A DNA stretch of 62,948 bases, filler included, from Neoconidiobolus thromboides FSU 785 (taxonomy: Eukaryota > Fungi > Entomophthoromycota): assembly GCA_025603075.1 (NCBI GenBank). It is 4 parts of 4 records of this genome, joined end to end, with 100 filler letters (N's around TTAATTAATTAA, not from the genome) between each part and the next. Parts side by side here need not be neighbours in the genome. Positions count along the whole stretch, not along the records: positions 1 to 24,357 come from MU626520.1; positions 24,458 to 38,118 come from MU626611.1; 2 more parts are not named here. One strand, given 5' to 3'. The notes beneath the pieces are model-generated. The model searched no databases and was not told the origin of the DNA. It saw only the letters and a list, made by a program, of their open reading frames with translations. The position numbers and the translations under genes are program-made. Shown in pieces: positions 10,608 through 24,909 of this stretch (the stretch's first letter is position 1; every line of letters starts with the position of its first letter).

Positions 10608-11991
10608 ATGCTAAGCAAAGAAGAACTAGACCAAATGTTACTACATATGAAGAATCATGTAGACTGGGGATATGGAGAAGACCCACTTAAGATTATCCAA
10701 GAGAGTTTGAAAACTCATTTTAATTGGAAACTTTGGCTCGATTTAATTAAACAATTCATTCCAAATATTCATTTGAAGTTAAAAGATTTACATTTACCAG
10801 ACATTCATCAAGATGGTGATATCTTTGAACTTGAATTAAAAAACATATTTTTAAAAGAACTTTTCTTTGATACTAGAAATGTGGACGTCACCTTTAAGAA
10901 TGATAAAGATAACCGCAAACGACTAATATTTAAATTGTAAGAAAATAATCTTATTTAGAATATTGACTAAAGTTTTGAAAGTGATGATATACGGCTAACT
11001 GCATTAAACATTGAGTTTAATTTTGATAAAAAGAGCGGTATTCCACGTTTTAAAGAGGTATTTTAATTTAATATACAAGGTAATTCTCAATTTTTAGAGT
11101 GGTAAACTAGATATTATACTGCCCGAAAAAGGCTTAGCAATTGAAATGATATTAGAACTTGAGCCAGATTTACCATTAATTTTACATCAAATCAAAAACT
11201 TTGTATTAGATGATAAGGAACCTTATTCTCCAGGTTTGGGTAATGGTGTGGATGAAGATTTATTTGGAAAGATCCTTGATATGCAGTGGGAAATGAAAGA
11301 TGAAAAAGACATAAAGGAAGATTTGATAAAACCAGAGGACTTGGAAAAGGTAGATGATTTTTCAGACATATTTTCCGAGAATGTTTTTGAAGAGAATAGT
11401 ATAAATCAAGAAATAACTATTGATAAAGTAGAGGAAAATTGGATAGGTGATTTAACTTTACTAAACCCTCAGGATATAAATAAAAGTGATGAAAAGGATC
11501 AGTCAGAAAGTGATAGCGTAAATAAGGAGATCAAAAACATATTAAGTGTTTTAGAAAATGAAGAAAAGAAAGTAAAAGATGCGCCAAGTTTTTGGGCTTG
11601 GTTAAAAGGTGACATCGAGGTTGATATGGATTTAAATGAGAGATCTAATGGTGAAAGTAAAAATCAGAATGATAAAGAAAACATTACAAATGATAATGAT
11701 GACGAAAGTAACACTATATTGGAATCAAATCAGGCTATTTCTGAACAATTAAATGCAATAGATTTGATGAAAGAAGATGGAAAAACACCTTCGTCTTCAA
11801 CAAGTATATCGAGTTGTAAAGTGGGAGTAGGTTCAATAAAATCAACAACGGGTAGTGAAAATATAAAGGATCCTCAAGTTACTGACCAAAAAGAGCAAAA
11901 TTCATTATTAAACCAAATGGTATCTTCAGTTGAGATTATACCGAAAGTATACCAAGTTAAAGCAAAGTTACATGCGACAAAAAGAGAGTAA
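10608..11991 (+). CDS. Uncharacterised protein with DUF4449/HAM1-like lipid-binding-type region and acidic low-complexity C-terminus (3 exons)
   Basis: GT-AG introns 10937-10972 (36 nt) and 11058-11097 (40 nt) join the two track ORFs in frame. The spliced IEFNFDKKSGIPRFKESGKLDIILPEKGLAIEMILEL resembles the fungal DUF4449 motif. Additional upstream exons are possible. Confidence 0.5.
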
Positions 11992-12322
11992 ATAATAGAA
12001 TATCACTAACTTTACGTAACTAATTAAACAATTATAGTAAATTATATAGGTTTTTAACTCCACTCATAAACCATTTATTAAAGAGGCATTTGCAAAATAG
12101 TATACACCAAGTTATACAGGTAACAAAGTTACTACTAACTAAATCTAAATATAATCTAAATTTTTAAGAAATCTATAAAACTATGGTTAAATCAAGTTAT
12201 GGCTATGGCATATCAAAAATTTCAAACTGTTATGAAATAATTTAATTTATAAATAAAAAATTGATATTGTTATTATTATTATTAAATCCTCTTGTTTTTA
12301 TTATTAGCACTAAAAACTTAAA

Positions 12323-14407
12323 TTAAGCGGAGTTTAAGTTATAAAGTTTAGGTTGAATTAAATCATTTAATACACCTTCAACTAAAGTTTTGACAGTTTC
12401 TTTAAGTTTTGTATATTCTTCTTCCAATTTACTAAATTCGAACTCTTTAATTTGAGAAGTTTGGCATAACTCGGAATAATATTTTAATTTAGGTTCTGTA
12501 CCACTAGTTCTTAAAGTTAATACTAAAGTTGATTCGTTGTGTCTTAATTGGAATGTAATCATCTGAGTGGATGCAGATACCGGTAAATCGGGCTTGAGAT
12601 TAGATTTAGAGCTATCGTGGCCAATTGTTAAATCTCTGACATTAACAATTTCTAATCCACCAGCTGATTTAGGATAATTTAATTCTGTTGATTCGTTAGA
12701 TGAGTATCTGATTCGATTGAAAATCTTATCAAATATAGTTGCATCATTACAGAAGTAATAGGAATTATAGTCAACAAATACATTATATCTAAGTTAACTT
12801 AATTAGTACAATATAGGTTATATAAACAACCCATTACCTATGATATAGCTCCATGAGATAAGAATAAACTGATTTGTTTTCATTATTTAGCCTTGTAGCT
12901 AATTCAACAAAAGTAACCATAGCTGATATACCATCTTTATCTTTTACCATATCACCTACCATGTAACCTATAGCTTCTTCAAATGCAAATAATGGCTTTT
13001 TGCCTTCTTTTTCTAAGTCCATGGCAGCATTACCCATCCATTTAAATCCAGTCAAAGTCTCTTTAAATTGAAAGCCTTCTTTCTCACCCATAGAAGAAAT
13101 CATTTTTGATGATACAGTACTTGCAATCATTACTGCATTTGATTCTTTAAATTTATTTAGAGATGATTAATATATTGCTACTATCATCTTACCTTTTCCT
13201 CTATGTTTTTCCCATACTTGTGCAGCTAATAAAGTACCAATTTGGTTACCAGTATATTGAATCCATCTGCCATCAGATAGCTTTTCAGCACATGCAAAAC
13301 GATCAGCATCAGGATCATTAGCTAAAACATATTGTGCTCCTTCTTTCTCAGCTTGTTCTAATGCTAAGTTTAATGCACCTTTTTCTTCTGGATTTGGGAA
13401 TGGCACAGTTGGGAAATCTGGATCACAATCATACTATATGCTGTTAAAATTTTGTATTGAGATCATGGAATCTATTACCTGTTGTGCGACCTTAATAAAT
13501 TTGTCTTCTGGAACATTGAACTTTTCAAATGCGAATTTAGCAGCTGGGCCACCTACTCCATGCATGGCAGTATAAACAAATTTTGGAATAGCCGAAAATT
13601 TATTATTTAAATCGGCATCAAACATTGATAATCCCTTTAAGTCTTCAAAATATTTTTCATAAATACTCTTGTAAGGATCGGTGCATAAATCAGAATCATC
13701 ACATAATGAGGTATCCCAACACCAAGGCATTGCATTATTTTCTATTTCTTTAGCAATTCCCTTATCATGAGGTTCAACAATCTGGCAGGCATTTTCCCAA
13801 TAAACTTTATATCCATTATCTAACTTTGGATTATGAGAAGCTGTAATCATAACACCACATGCTGCACCTAATTCTTTGATACCAAATGGTACTAATGGAG
13901 TGTGAACAAGTTTGCTATATAAATAGACTTTAAAGCCCTTAGTTAAGAAGGCAGCAGCAGTTAACTTGGCGAATCTTTCTGAATTATAACGATGATCATA
14001 ACCAATCACAATTCCTCTTGATAAAGCGTCTTTAACTGTCTTACTTACATATTCACTTAAACCTTGACTTGCTTGTATAACAGTCAAATCATTCATTCTG
14101 GAAAAACCTCCTTCCATTCTAGCACGTAATCCTTTATTTTAAATTAGTTGAAATAAATAGGTTGAAATTTTAAATTACCGGCAGTCCCAAATGTAATAGG
14201 TTCTCTTAATAACTCTTCTAATTTTTGGAAGTTTTGCTCTTTTAATAAGTCATCTATATACTTTAAAGTAGTTGGATTCTAAAAGAGTATAAATACAGTA
14301 AAGAAACATAATAGTATACTTACTTTATCTAAACGCATCCATTCTTTAGCTAACTCTTGGATAGTTGAATCCTTAAAGTTAATTTTATATTGTTGAATTC
14401 CACTCAT
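12323..14407 (-). CDS. PGM2: Phosphoglucomutase/phosphopentomutase (PGM2/Prm15 type), multi-exon
   Basis: TASHNP phosphoserine loop, DPDADR metal loop, TFGTAGLR-like N-terminal motif, [15 protein letters not shown] and [13 protein letters not shown]. Start MSGIQQYK at 14407. Confidence 0.93.
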
Positions 14408-14993
14408 TGAATTTTCTAAAAGTATTTTTGATGCTTTTTTAAACTTTTTATATCCTTGAAATTGGAAAAATTTGATTGGTGAACAAAATTATACATTTTT
14501 TATTAATAAATTTTAAAATAATCACATCCTGTGAAAATATGACTTAAATTATTTGTAAATAATTGTTCTCTAATAAATTATTGTAATACTTTCAAACATG
14601 TTGACAGTTTGAATTGCTTTATATATTGATTTTAGAAATAATCTAGAAGTGAGTGACGTTTTTAAATATACATTCAAATGATGTAATTTATCATTTTATA
14701 AGTTTGAGTCAAATAATGTGGGCTTTGGTGTATAGTTCTATAGTCTTTTTATTTATTTAAATGATCTAAAAGAGGATTCTAGATAGTACTAAAGAATATG
14801 CTCTATTATAAGTAATACATTATTTATGATATTATTTTATTTATCAAATAAGTAACTTTATATGATTCTAATTGGTTGAAAACAACCCAATTTTTCAAAA
14901 ACGGAATTTGAAACCAAAGAACGAACTGCCAATCAAAAGCGCTTTATAGTCTCCACAATTGAAGCTAACCATTACAGTTTAAAAATAAATAAA

Positions 14994-16224
14994 ATGGATG
15001 AAGGAAACCGGTATACTCGCTCAAAGCATATGGATAATCGAAAAGATTTAGTAATATGGGAAAGATTCAATAATAATATATCTACTTTGAAATCACTTCG
15101 AGTTGAAAATGATGCATATTTACTTGCTGTTAGAGAATTTAAAACAAAAATGGATGAAACAACAGGTAATGAAAAAAAAAAAAAGATCTTAGTTTGTTAA
15201 CTGTTTTTAGTCCCAGAAACTAAGTTAAAGAATGAAAAGAGATTTATCAGTTTGATTAAAGAAAGCAAGCTTTCAAATAAGAGGATAAGAGAGTAAATAT
15301 AAAACTAGATTTCAGAAATTGTCTTGCTTATAAATTTGTAGAAAAATTCAGGAACTAAGAGAGGATATTAAAATAATTGAAATTATGCGTGATAGAGATG
15401 ATTATAGTATAATACCAGGTAACAAGTAAATGATACAATAATCTATAATTCTAAGTTTAATAGAGATTGGATCGATTTCAACTCAAAAAAGAACTATTAA
15501 TCATAAAGAGCAAGCTATTAAGCATGAAAAACCATTTAGTAAATCTAGAAAGTTCGATATATTAGAATTAAAATTGAAGTTTACTAAAAGCATTTTAGAA
15601 CTGTCCCACAAGCAATAGGATTTATTCCAAATGGTTCAAAGGTATTTGCTTTGCTTAATATACAGAATTGATGTTAACAGCATAGGGTCCAGGTGGTTGC
15701 TAAAATGGTTGATTCTGATGACCCTAACCAAGAATGGATACTTGCTAATGTAATTCATTATTATCCAGAAAAAAATAGGTAATATAAAATGGTAAAATTC
15801 TACTAAAGTTTTAAATATAACATTTAGATATCAAATCGAAGACGCAGAAGTGGACGATGATGGGCAAAAAACGTAACTTTTTATTTTAATTTTAAATCTA
15901 AGTATTAAGTAGTTTAGTAAATATATACTACCAACAAAGTATGTAATTCCACTTGAAACAAAAGAATTAAACCATGAGTTTCCTGTTGGTCATGAAGTTT
16001 TAGCTTTATATCCCAACACCACTTGCTTTTATAAAGCTACTGTTAAAGCTCTTCCTTCTCAGGTATTCATTTCAAAAGAACATAATATTAATTAATAATA
16101 TTTTTAATAGAATCGCAGTAAAGGACATCACTTGAACCATTATATGGTGTTATTTGAAGATGATGACGATACTGAACGTTGGGTTGAGAAAAACATGGTT
16201 TTAGATATGCCAAATATTGTATGA
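14994..16224 (+). CDS. SGF29: SAGA-associated factor 29 (tandem Tudor H3K4me reader), multi-exon
   Basis: Spliced exons give QVVAKMVDSDDPNQEWILANV, YQIEDAEVDDDG, VLALYPNTTCFYKATV and YMVLFEDDD. Track ORF 14994-15200 fits as the N-terminal coiled-coil exon (donor acag/gtaatg). Confidence 0.88.
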
Positions 16225-16803
16225 AGTTGCTTTTTTCATTTTTGTTCTTATTACCCTGCTCATTATTTAATTGTGTTTATTATTTAAACAGCTCGACTTT
16301 TATCCTATTTTTAAAGTTATTATATTTTTATCCAGTGACTTTGGAAATAGAGGCTACCTTTGCAATCACTCTTTTACACCAAATAAACAAAGCGATAGCT
16401 GCTCATTATTTCGATTATTTTGTAATACTTATAAAAGTTAAATTACAATGTTATTTATCAAATTCGGTGGAAAGTAGGCGTACAAATCATGCTATTATAA
16501 GATATAATAAATTCTTAAACACTTTACACTAAAAACTAGTAGATATGTTATTACAACTTATATTATAGCTTAATGGCCTTTATATATTATAGTATTATTA
16601 GCTTATATATTTTGCCATAATATTCTGAATTATTTTTGATAACTGTAAATTATAAAAAATTTGTATATGAGGTAAAAGGAGGCCGAAATCTGGCTTTACA
16701 TTATTATTTGCTCATGACCTAAAAGGTTATCAATAATGAATTTATTTTAAAGAATAATTAGGCATTCAAATATATAAATATAACAAAAGCTTAAGATCTA
16801 TAT

Positions 16804-17420
<617 letters not shown>

Positions 17421-17761
17421 TTCTGTTTGATAACAAAAAAATTTTATGCTTTGATAGATTTCATTAATTTACGCAGCACTAAATTGACTTTATGCTTTTA
17501 TCTGTTAAATAAGCATAATTGATATATATTATATTAGTACAACGACGATAGCAGTGGTAGTAGAAACGAGCTTGTAGTCTCTATGAGCATACATAAGCGC
17601 GTATTACTAATCCTGTATTGATTTGATAGTATGAAATCTTAAACGATATATAAATGTTTGTAGCTTAGGAACTATGATTTCACAAAATTTGCAACTAATA
17701 AAAAGTGTCAAAAATTTCTCATAAACTTACCTTTATTTTTGAAAAGGAAATAATAGCCAAT

Positions 17762-19917
17762 ATGAGCGGAGTACCAACTAAAGATGACACCCCAGAACAA
17801 ATTGCCGAAAAATTAAAGGCTTCCTTAAATATCAATGCCAATAGCTTTATACCAAATGCTAAAGCTAAAGAGTTTGTGCCTTCATGGATGAACAAACCGG
17901 CTTCAAATGCATCTGCTAAATCAGGTATTTTGCTTGTAAATTTTTTAACAACTTTACTTATAATTTAGTATCTATTGGATCTAGTGCCCCAGCGAAAACA
18001 CGTATTTTGTTTATAATTTTACTTTAAACTATTTTTAATATTTTAGTATCTATTGGTTCAAGCGCTCCAGCTAAGGCTTGTAAGTACAATTTTGCAGCTA
18101 AATGATCTTGTTAACTTTTTAAAAGTATCTATTGGTGGAAACTCAGCCGAATCAGCTCCAGTAAAGAAAAACGAAGAGCCAAAACCAGCTCCTGCCAAAG
18201 CTCCAGTAAGCAAAGCTCCAGCTCCCGCTCCTAAAGCTCCAGCAAGTAACACAACTACAGAAAAGCAATCATTGAAGGATGAAATTGAAGCAGAAGACGA
18301 GTTAGCTCAAGAGTTTTTAGAAGAAATTACTAAAGAACATCTTAATGTTATTTTCATGGGTCATGTGGGTAAGTGGAACTATATTTATTTTTTAAGTTAA
18401 TTATAATATTTTAAAAGATGCCGGAAAATCTACTATGGGTGGTAACATTCTGTAAGTATTATAATATTTTGTAAAATATAAATATTTAATAAATTCTATA
18501 GTTTCCTCACTGGGATGGTAGATAAACGTACTATGGAGAAATATGAGCGTGAAGCTAAAGAAGCAGGTCGTGAATCTTGGTATTTATCATGGGCTCTTGA
18601 TTTAAATAGTGAAGAACGTGCTAAAGTAAACACATCATTATGATGTTATAACAAACTAATAAAAAATTTAGGGTAAAACTGTCGAATGTGGTAAGGCTTA
18701 CTTTGAAACTGAGAAGCGTAGATACACTATTTTAGATGCCCCAGGTCATAAAAATTACGTACCTTCTATGCTGGGTGGAGCTTCTCAAGCTGATGTCGGT
18801 ATCTTGGTAAGTACTAAAATGTAATTGGATTTCTTTTAATTTTTGCTTCACTTTAGGTCATTTCAGCTCGTAAAGGAGAGTTCGAAACCGGTTTTGAGCG
18901 TGGAGGTCAAACTAGAGAACATGCTGTTTTAGCTAAGACTTCTGGTGTTAACAAACTTTGTGTAGCAGTTAATAAGATGGATGACCCTACAGTGAATTGG
19001 GATCAAGCCAGATACCAAGAAATTGTTGACAAGTTAACTCCTTTCCTCAAGAGCAGTGGTTATAATCCTAAGACTGATGTTGAATTCATCCCTGTTTCTG
19101 GATACACTGGTGCTAACTTAAAGGATCGTTTAGCGCCTGGAGTATGTAGCTTCTATAGTGGACCATCTCTTGTAGAGTACCTTGATAATATTAAGACCAC
19201 TGAGCGTAAAGTTAATGCTCCATTTATGATGCCAATTATGGAAAAGTTTAAAGATATGGGAACTGTTGTCACTGGTAAGATCGAATCAGGTCATATCAAG
19301 AAAGGGCAAAATCTTTTATTGATGCCTAACAATCGTAAAGTTGAAGTATCTGGTATCTGGTTAGAGGAAGATGAAGTTGAAGTCTCAATCTGTGGTGATA
19401 ATGTACGTATTCGTCTTAATGGAATTGATGAAAAGGACATTATGCCTGGTTTTGTTCTTTGTTCAGCAAAGAACCCAGTTAAAGCATCAACTACTTTCCG
19501 TGCACAATTAGTAATCGTAGAAACAAAGAATATCATTTGTGCAGGCTACGGTGCAATTCTTCATCTTCATTCAATCACCGAAGAAGTTTCATTAACCGTA
19601 AGGTTTTTTATTTTTTACTTTTTTAATCTATAATGCTGTTTAGAAATTGCTACATTTAATTGACAAAAAAACTGGTCGTAAGTCCAAGAGACCACCTCCA
19701 TTTATCAAGAAGGGCCAAAAGGTGATTGCTGAACTTGAAACTACTGGTGTCGTTTGTATGGAAGCTTTTGCAGATTATCCACAATTAGGACGCTTTACTC
19801 TTCGCGATGAAGGTAAGTGAACTTTTTTATTTCTAGATAAATTACTAAATCTTTTCAGGTAAAACTGTCGCTATTGGAAAAATTACTGAAGTAATTGAAT
19901 GTGAAGATAAAGTCTAG
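17762..19917 (+). CDS. SUP35: Eukaryotic peptide chain release factor eRF3 (GTPase), multi-exon
   Basis: Tandem PAM2 motifs (LNINANSFIP, NAKAKEFVP); HLNVIFMGHVDAGKST, DAPGH, NKMDDP and GRFTLRDEGKTVAIGKI. Confidence 0.97.
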
Positions 19918-20343
19918 GTTCTCAAAATAAGATTTCTGTTATAGATTAAATTCAGTAGTAAAGATTGAACTATTTTTATGTTATATTTTTTTATGCCCTT
20001 GTTCAAATGTGCATCTCATAAATTTACACTGATATATGATAGTAAACTTATAATGCTCCTAAAACACAAGATGAATTAGTATATAATTTGGGACTATATA
20101 ATTTATTTTATTATAAACTATTTAAAATCTAATGCCAAAAAATTCACTAGGCCCTAAAATTTTACTTTTAAAGAGTTAGCACAACTCGTATTCCAAAATA
20201 GATATAAATTATGTAAACATTTAAATTTATTTTCTTAAAGTAATATATATTTTATTATCACTTTATAGCATATGCAGATAAACAATCATTTGGTTTCAAC
20301 TAGGAAATTCATTTGAAGCAGACATAACCTAGTATTATCTTTT

Positions 20344-20586
20344 TTAATCATAATATCTTTCCTTAACAGTCCTATACTTTTTAAGAAAATAAAGCGCTTC
20401 TAGTTCCTTAATGATAAACTGACCATGCTTAATTGCTTTATCAATGTCTTCCTTTGATTCTAACTCTTTATTCTTTTGGAACCCTGATTTTAATTTATCT
20501 TTAAAATAATTGTAGCCTTTAGGGTATTCCTTCCCCATATACAACAATTGTTTATATAAATTGATTACTTCACTGCGCCGATACAT
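20344..20586 (-). CDS. LYRM5: LYR-motif protein 5 / ETF regulatory factor 1 (mitochondrial)
   Basis: 80-aa single exon: VINLYKQLLYMGKEYP...F...KELEALYFLKKYR. Confidence 0.85.
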   Translation of the reverse strand: MYRRSEVINLYKQLLYMGKEYPKGYNYFKDKLKSGFQKNKELESKEDIDKAIKHGQFIIKELEALYFLKKYRTVKERYYD

Positions 20587-20766
20587 TATTGATAAAGTAT
20601 ATTTCTACTTTACGTCATGTTTTTTATATTCAACCTAATAGCCAATAAAGTTGACTGACTTGATCAGTAAAATTATTACATAAATTTGATTTTATAAGCA
20701 TTCCTCTTATAACTATTAGTTTTAACAAATTCTTTTATTTTAAAAAAAAATCATTTCAATTAAACA

Positions 20767-22176
20767 ATGTCCTTCTGGTACGATTCAACTAAGCCTAAAG
20801 AGGCTATTCAATTGTCTGATGACCTTCAAATGCCAATCTTGATTTTCATTAAAGGTATTATACTATCTATACGATTGTTTTCAGATTATACTATTTATTG
20901 TTACTTTTCATTGACAAATAACTAAACCTATTTTAGATGATAGTCCAATATCAAATCAGATGGAAGAAATATTTGACTCTGGAAAAGTAAATAACTTAAT
21001 TACCATATTTTTTATTTAATATATCTTTAGGCAAACCATGTTATTGAAGGAAAATATATTGCTTTAAAATTGACCCATAACACCAAGGAATTCAAAGAGT
21101 TATCAGAAGCAGTGACTATACCAAAGGTCCCCAGTATATCTATATTTATGTAATTAATAATTAGTTTATAAATAATCTAATCTTATAGCTATTTTTAAAG
21201 TGAAAGAAATATACGAGCCTTAATTGACGAAGTTAACCAAGGAGCACCAAAATTAATAGAGGATTTAAGCACTGCTCTTAATATGATTAAAAGAATTGAT
21301 CAAGGAGAAGACATTTCCAGTCTACAAGCTTCTATGGAAGGTAGTTCTAACACTTTAAATTTAAAGCCTCTCACTGCTGAAGAAAAAGAGAAAAAAAAAG
21401 AAGAGTAATAGTTTATTAATTTTCTAATATACTCAATTTTTTTATTTAAAAATAGATTAAAGATAAAATTAGAACAACGTAGAGTAGAAAGATTAGCAAA
21501 AGAAAAAGAAGTAACAAACCAACAACTAATTTGATACAAGCTAAACTGTTTTTAGGAGGAGAAAGCTAGAGAAGCTAGTAGAAGAAATATGGGAAAAGAA
21601 ATATCGTCAGCAAAGAAAGACCTACAAGACAAGGAAGCTAAATTAATTTTAGACAATAAAATTAGAGAAAAAAAAGAGGAACAAGAAGCAAGAAGAAGAA
21701 TCAAAGAACAGATTGCTCAAGATAAAGCTGAACGTGCTGCTCAACGTTTGAAAAGCAAAGCTGCTATTAGTCAACAGCAGGCTTTAGAAGCTGATTCTAA
21801 TACTGCAGCACCTAAACCAGGTTCTTCCAGTGCAAGGTAAGTAAATTATTTATTGTCAATAAGCCGCTAAGTAACAATCTATAGTACACCAACGGTAAGT
21901 AAATTAAGTATCCGTTTATTGGACGGCAGTGTCCATAGAGCTGAGTTTAAGCCTGATGACACCTTGAAGACAGTTATTGATCATATTGCAAATAATTTCA
22001 TTAGTGGACAAAACTTTCAATTGTCATTATCCTATCCAATGAAGTTGTTTACTAAAGATGACGAGAATTCCACCTTATTATCGCTCGGGCTTTGTCCATC
22101 CAATTCGTTGGTGGTGAAGGTATGAAACTTGCTTGATTTAATGCTAAATATTAACTGAATTTATTAGAAAGCATAA
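20767..22176 (+). CDS. UBX-domain p97/Cdc48 cofactor (UBXN4/Ubx7-like): thioredoxin-like N-domain, coiled coil, C-terminal UBX; multi-exon
   Basis: N-terminus FWYDSTKPKEAIQLS...PILIFIK, charged helix RRRIKEQIAQDKAER, and UBX LSIRLLDGSVHRAEF...LSYPMKLF...LLSLGLCPSNSLVV. Confidence 0.8.
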
Positions 22177-23730
22177 GTTATTGAAATAAAACATTGCTTT
22201 GAAAGTTATTTGCGTTAATTTAGCATTTATATAAATGCTATGTAATATGATTTCAATAGATTGCTTAATTCTTTAAAATGTCTGTGAATGGTTTATTTTA
22301 ATTCTACTAGTTAAACTGCAATATTGGTAATAGGAATATCGTTTTATGTATATGGTTGATAAATTTGAAATAAAAAGCTACTATTGTTATATAATGTTAA
22401 TAACAAATAATGTTTTTATTAGACTTAGGTTCTATTTCTATAACAAACTTTAACAATTAATGTTTATAACTGCTACTAATAATTGGTAGTCAAAATTGAA
22501 AATTAACAAGCTACATGTTTTTGCTTTATCTAGTTTAAAAAACTGTTAAAGTATGATCAAAAATCAGATTCACAAAAGAATACCAAAGGATAAAAGGGTA
22601 TTTATATTCTTTTAGTTGCTAGGTATTGAAAGACTGGTATACCAACGAACCAAATATGAAAGTATTATAAATGACTCAAACTAATATTTCATTTTCACAG
22701 GTTTATTGTCAATTCAGGTTTTAAAATACAAACAATTAGCGTTTTAATTGAAGCAAAAAAATGTATTGAAAATATTCAAATCTCTAGTTATTGATAAAAG
22801 TTTTGAAAACAGTACAGTTATAAAATATTCAACAGGTAAGCACAAATTATATCATTTTCTTAAGATCGCGTTTTACAGATAGCCTAAAAGTAAATCTAAA
22901 CTGTCAAAGAATTTATACAGATATTAGTAAAACAATGCCAGCCCTCAGACTAAAATTCAAAAATTAATTTTAAATTTTTTGAAGTTTTTTCTGCTAAAAG
23001 TGATAACCTGTTTAAAGTTAATTTAAAAACGATATTTTGTTATACATTTAGATACAACAGTATTAACTGGCTCTAATAAAAGAGAAATTACTACTTATGT
23101 CAGTAATTTCATACTTAATTCAAATTACCTAAATAAACATAACTTAATGTACTTGGCCAAAACCCCATCTAACTAAAAGAAGATAAATTATTATTCAATG
23201 CACCATGAATAATTGAAGCATAATTCTTTAAAGAAGCTAATTATAATTTCTACTTTTGTTTATTTTTAAATATTGAAATTTCAATGGCTTCCCATTAGTC
23301 TAATAAATTAGCCCTTATATTGGCTAACACACTGAACAATTCGATCTTTCTATACTTCTATTTTTAATGTATTAACTAATATGATAGTTTGTTTGAAATA
23401 ACTGTTTAATATCACTTTATAACCAAAAGATACCATGTGGATTAATAAATCTGATTTAATGTTCCATATAGTATACGAGCTTATAAAAAAGAGTACAAGG
23501 ATGCAACTAGAGGTCGAGAACAAATAAATAATCGCATTATTATAATAAAAAAGTTACATTTACTAAATTCTTTCGAGTATAAGTTAATCATACGATAAAG
23601 CAAGTTTAAGATATTAATTAAAGTACAAATAATCCCAAAGTCTAATAATGTCAGCAAATCTAAAATAGGACTATATAAATGCGATCGATATGAATAAATA
23701 TTGCTTTATCTTTTTGTCAAAGATATTAAA

Positions 23731-24357
23731 ATGTTTCTTAAATATTTATTTCCTTTGTGGTTATCTCTCCTACTTTCGGTTTCTTGTGATGCTCAAAATG
23801 ATCAAGCATGGAATGACCTTTTAAACAAAAAGAATGATTACCGTACTGTAGACAAAACCTATGATTACATTGTAGTAGGTGGTGGCTCAGCTGGTGGTAT
23901 GGCGGCTATAAGATTGGCCAAATATGGGTTTAAAACTTTATTGATCGAAGCAGGTCCTGAGCCAGAAATTACCTACAATATTAGCGTGCCAGCATTTTCA
24001 CCAAGGGGATCTGAAGATGAAAAGATATCATATGAGTTTTTTGTCAAACATTATGCTGAATCCACCAATTTGAGACAAAATGTATTCTATCCAAGGGTTG
24101 GTGCACTTGGTGGGTGTTCTATGCACCATGCACAAATTGCTGTTTATCCACAAAGTCGTGACTTTGAAATGCTATATCAATTAACTGGTAATCCAGTATT
24201 TAAAGAGGCAAATTTTAGAAACAAATATTTCAAACCAATGGAAAGAAATCAGTATCAATTTTTAGTCAGTAATAGCGATGACCATGGCTACGATGGTTGG
24301 TATCCAACTTCTTATATTGAGTACTTGAGATTAATCTCTGCCGATTTCTCATTAGTA
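23731..24357 (+). CDS. Secreted GMC (glucose-methanol-choline) oxidoreductase, 3' part lost in the assembly gap
   Basis: Signal peptide from ATG 23731, FAD-binding YDYIVVGGGSAG, LLIEAG and YPRVGALGGCSMHHA. Runs into Ns at 24358. Confidence 0.9.
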
Positions 24358-24457
24358 NNNNNNNNNNNNNNNNNNNNNNNNNNNNNNNNNNNNNNNNNNN
24401 NTTAATTAATTAANNNNNNNNNNNNNNNNNNNNNNNNNNNNNNNNNNNNNNNNNNNN
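24358..24457. other. Artificial contig linker (N44-TTAATTAATTAA-N44)
   Basis: The same 100-nt structure occurs three times, and the 12-mer places stop codons in all six frames. Confidence 0.95.
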
Positions 24458-24808
24458 ATAATAATACTCTACATTGTACATTTACCAGGACGACTTCATT
24501 AGGCCACGTCTTTGTAAATCCCCTTATCTCTAATGCATGTGCATTCAATTGATTAATATGACTTAAATTCCATCAAATTCGTAAAAGGAATCCCAATCTA
24601 CTTGAAGCCCAAAAAGCAATACATCCAAAGCTCACTAGATACTTCTACTGAATCTTTAAAAAAGAGTGCCAAACCACAACTATCAAATCCACACATCTAT
24701 CATCTAACACCTTGCTTTTGGGCCCCTTATGTGATATCTATGATACTAAATCAGGCACACGAGATATAACTATACAAGTAGTTTGTTATATTTAATTATA
24801 TTGTTTAA

Positions 24809-24909
24809 ATATGGGGATATTTTTTTAGCTTCATTACTTTTTTCATTTTTAAATACTATTTGAGCGGAAAAATTATTAGTAAAATTCTTAAAAAAACACA
24901 TCCTCATAT
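24809..24909 (-). mobile_element. MITE family A copy 5
   Basis: atat-GGGGATATTTTTTT...AAAACACATCCTC-atat. Confidence 0.75.

Noticed and set aside
14994-15200. RSKHMD...ERF resembles the Ty1/copia RNase H motif RTKHID
   Set aside because: There is no RT or integrase nearby. The ORF has a good splice donor and fits as exon 1 of SGF29, which otherwise lacks a start.
24402-24413. TTAATTAATTAA palindrome as a biological motif
   Set aside because: It is centred in fixed-length N runs three times, so it is an assembly linker.
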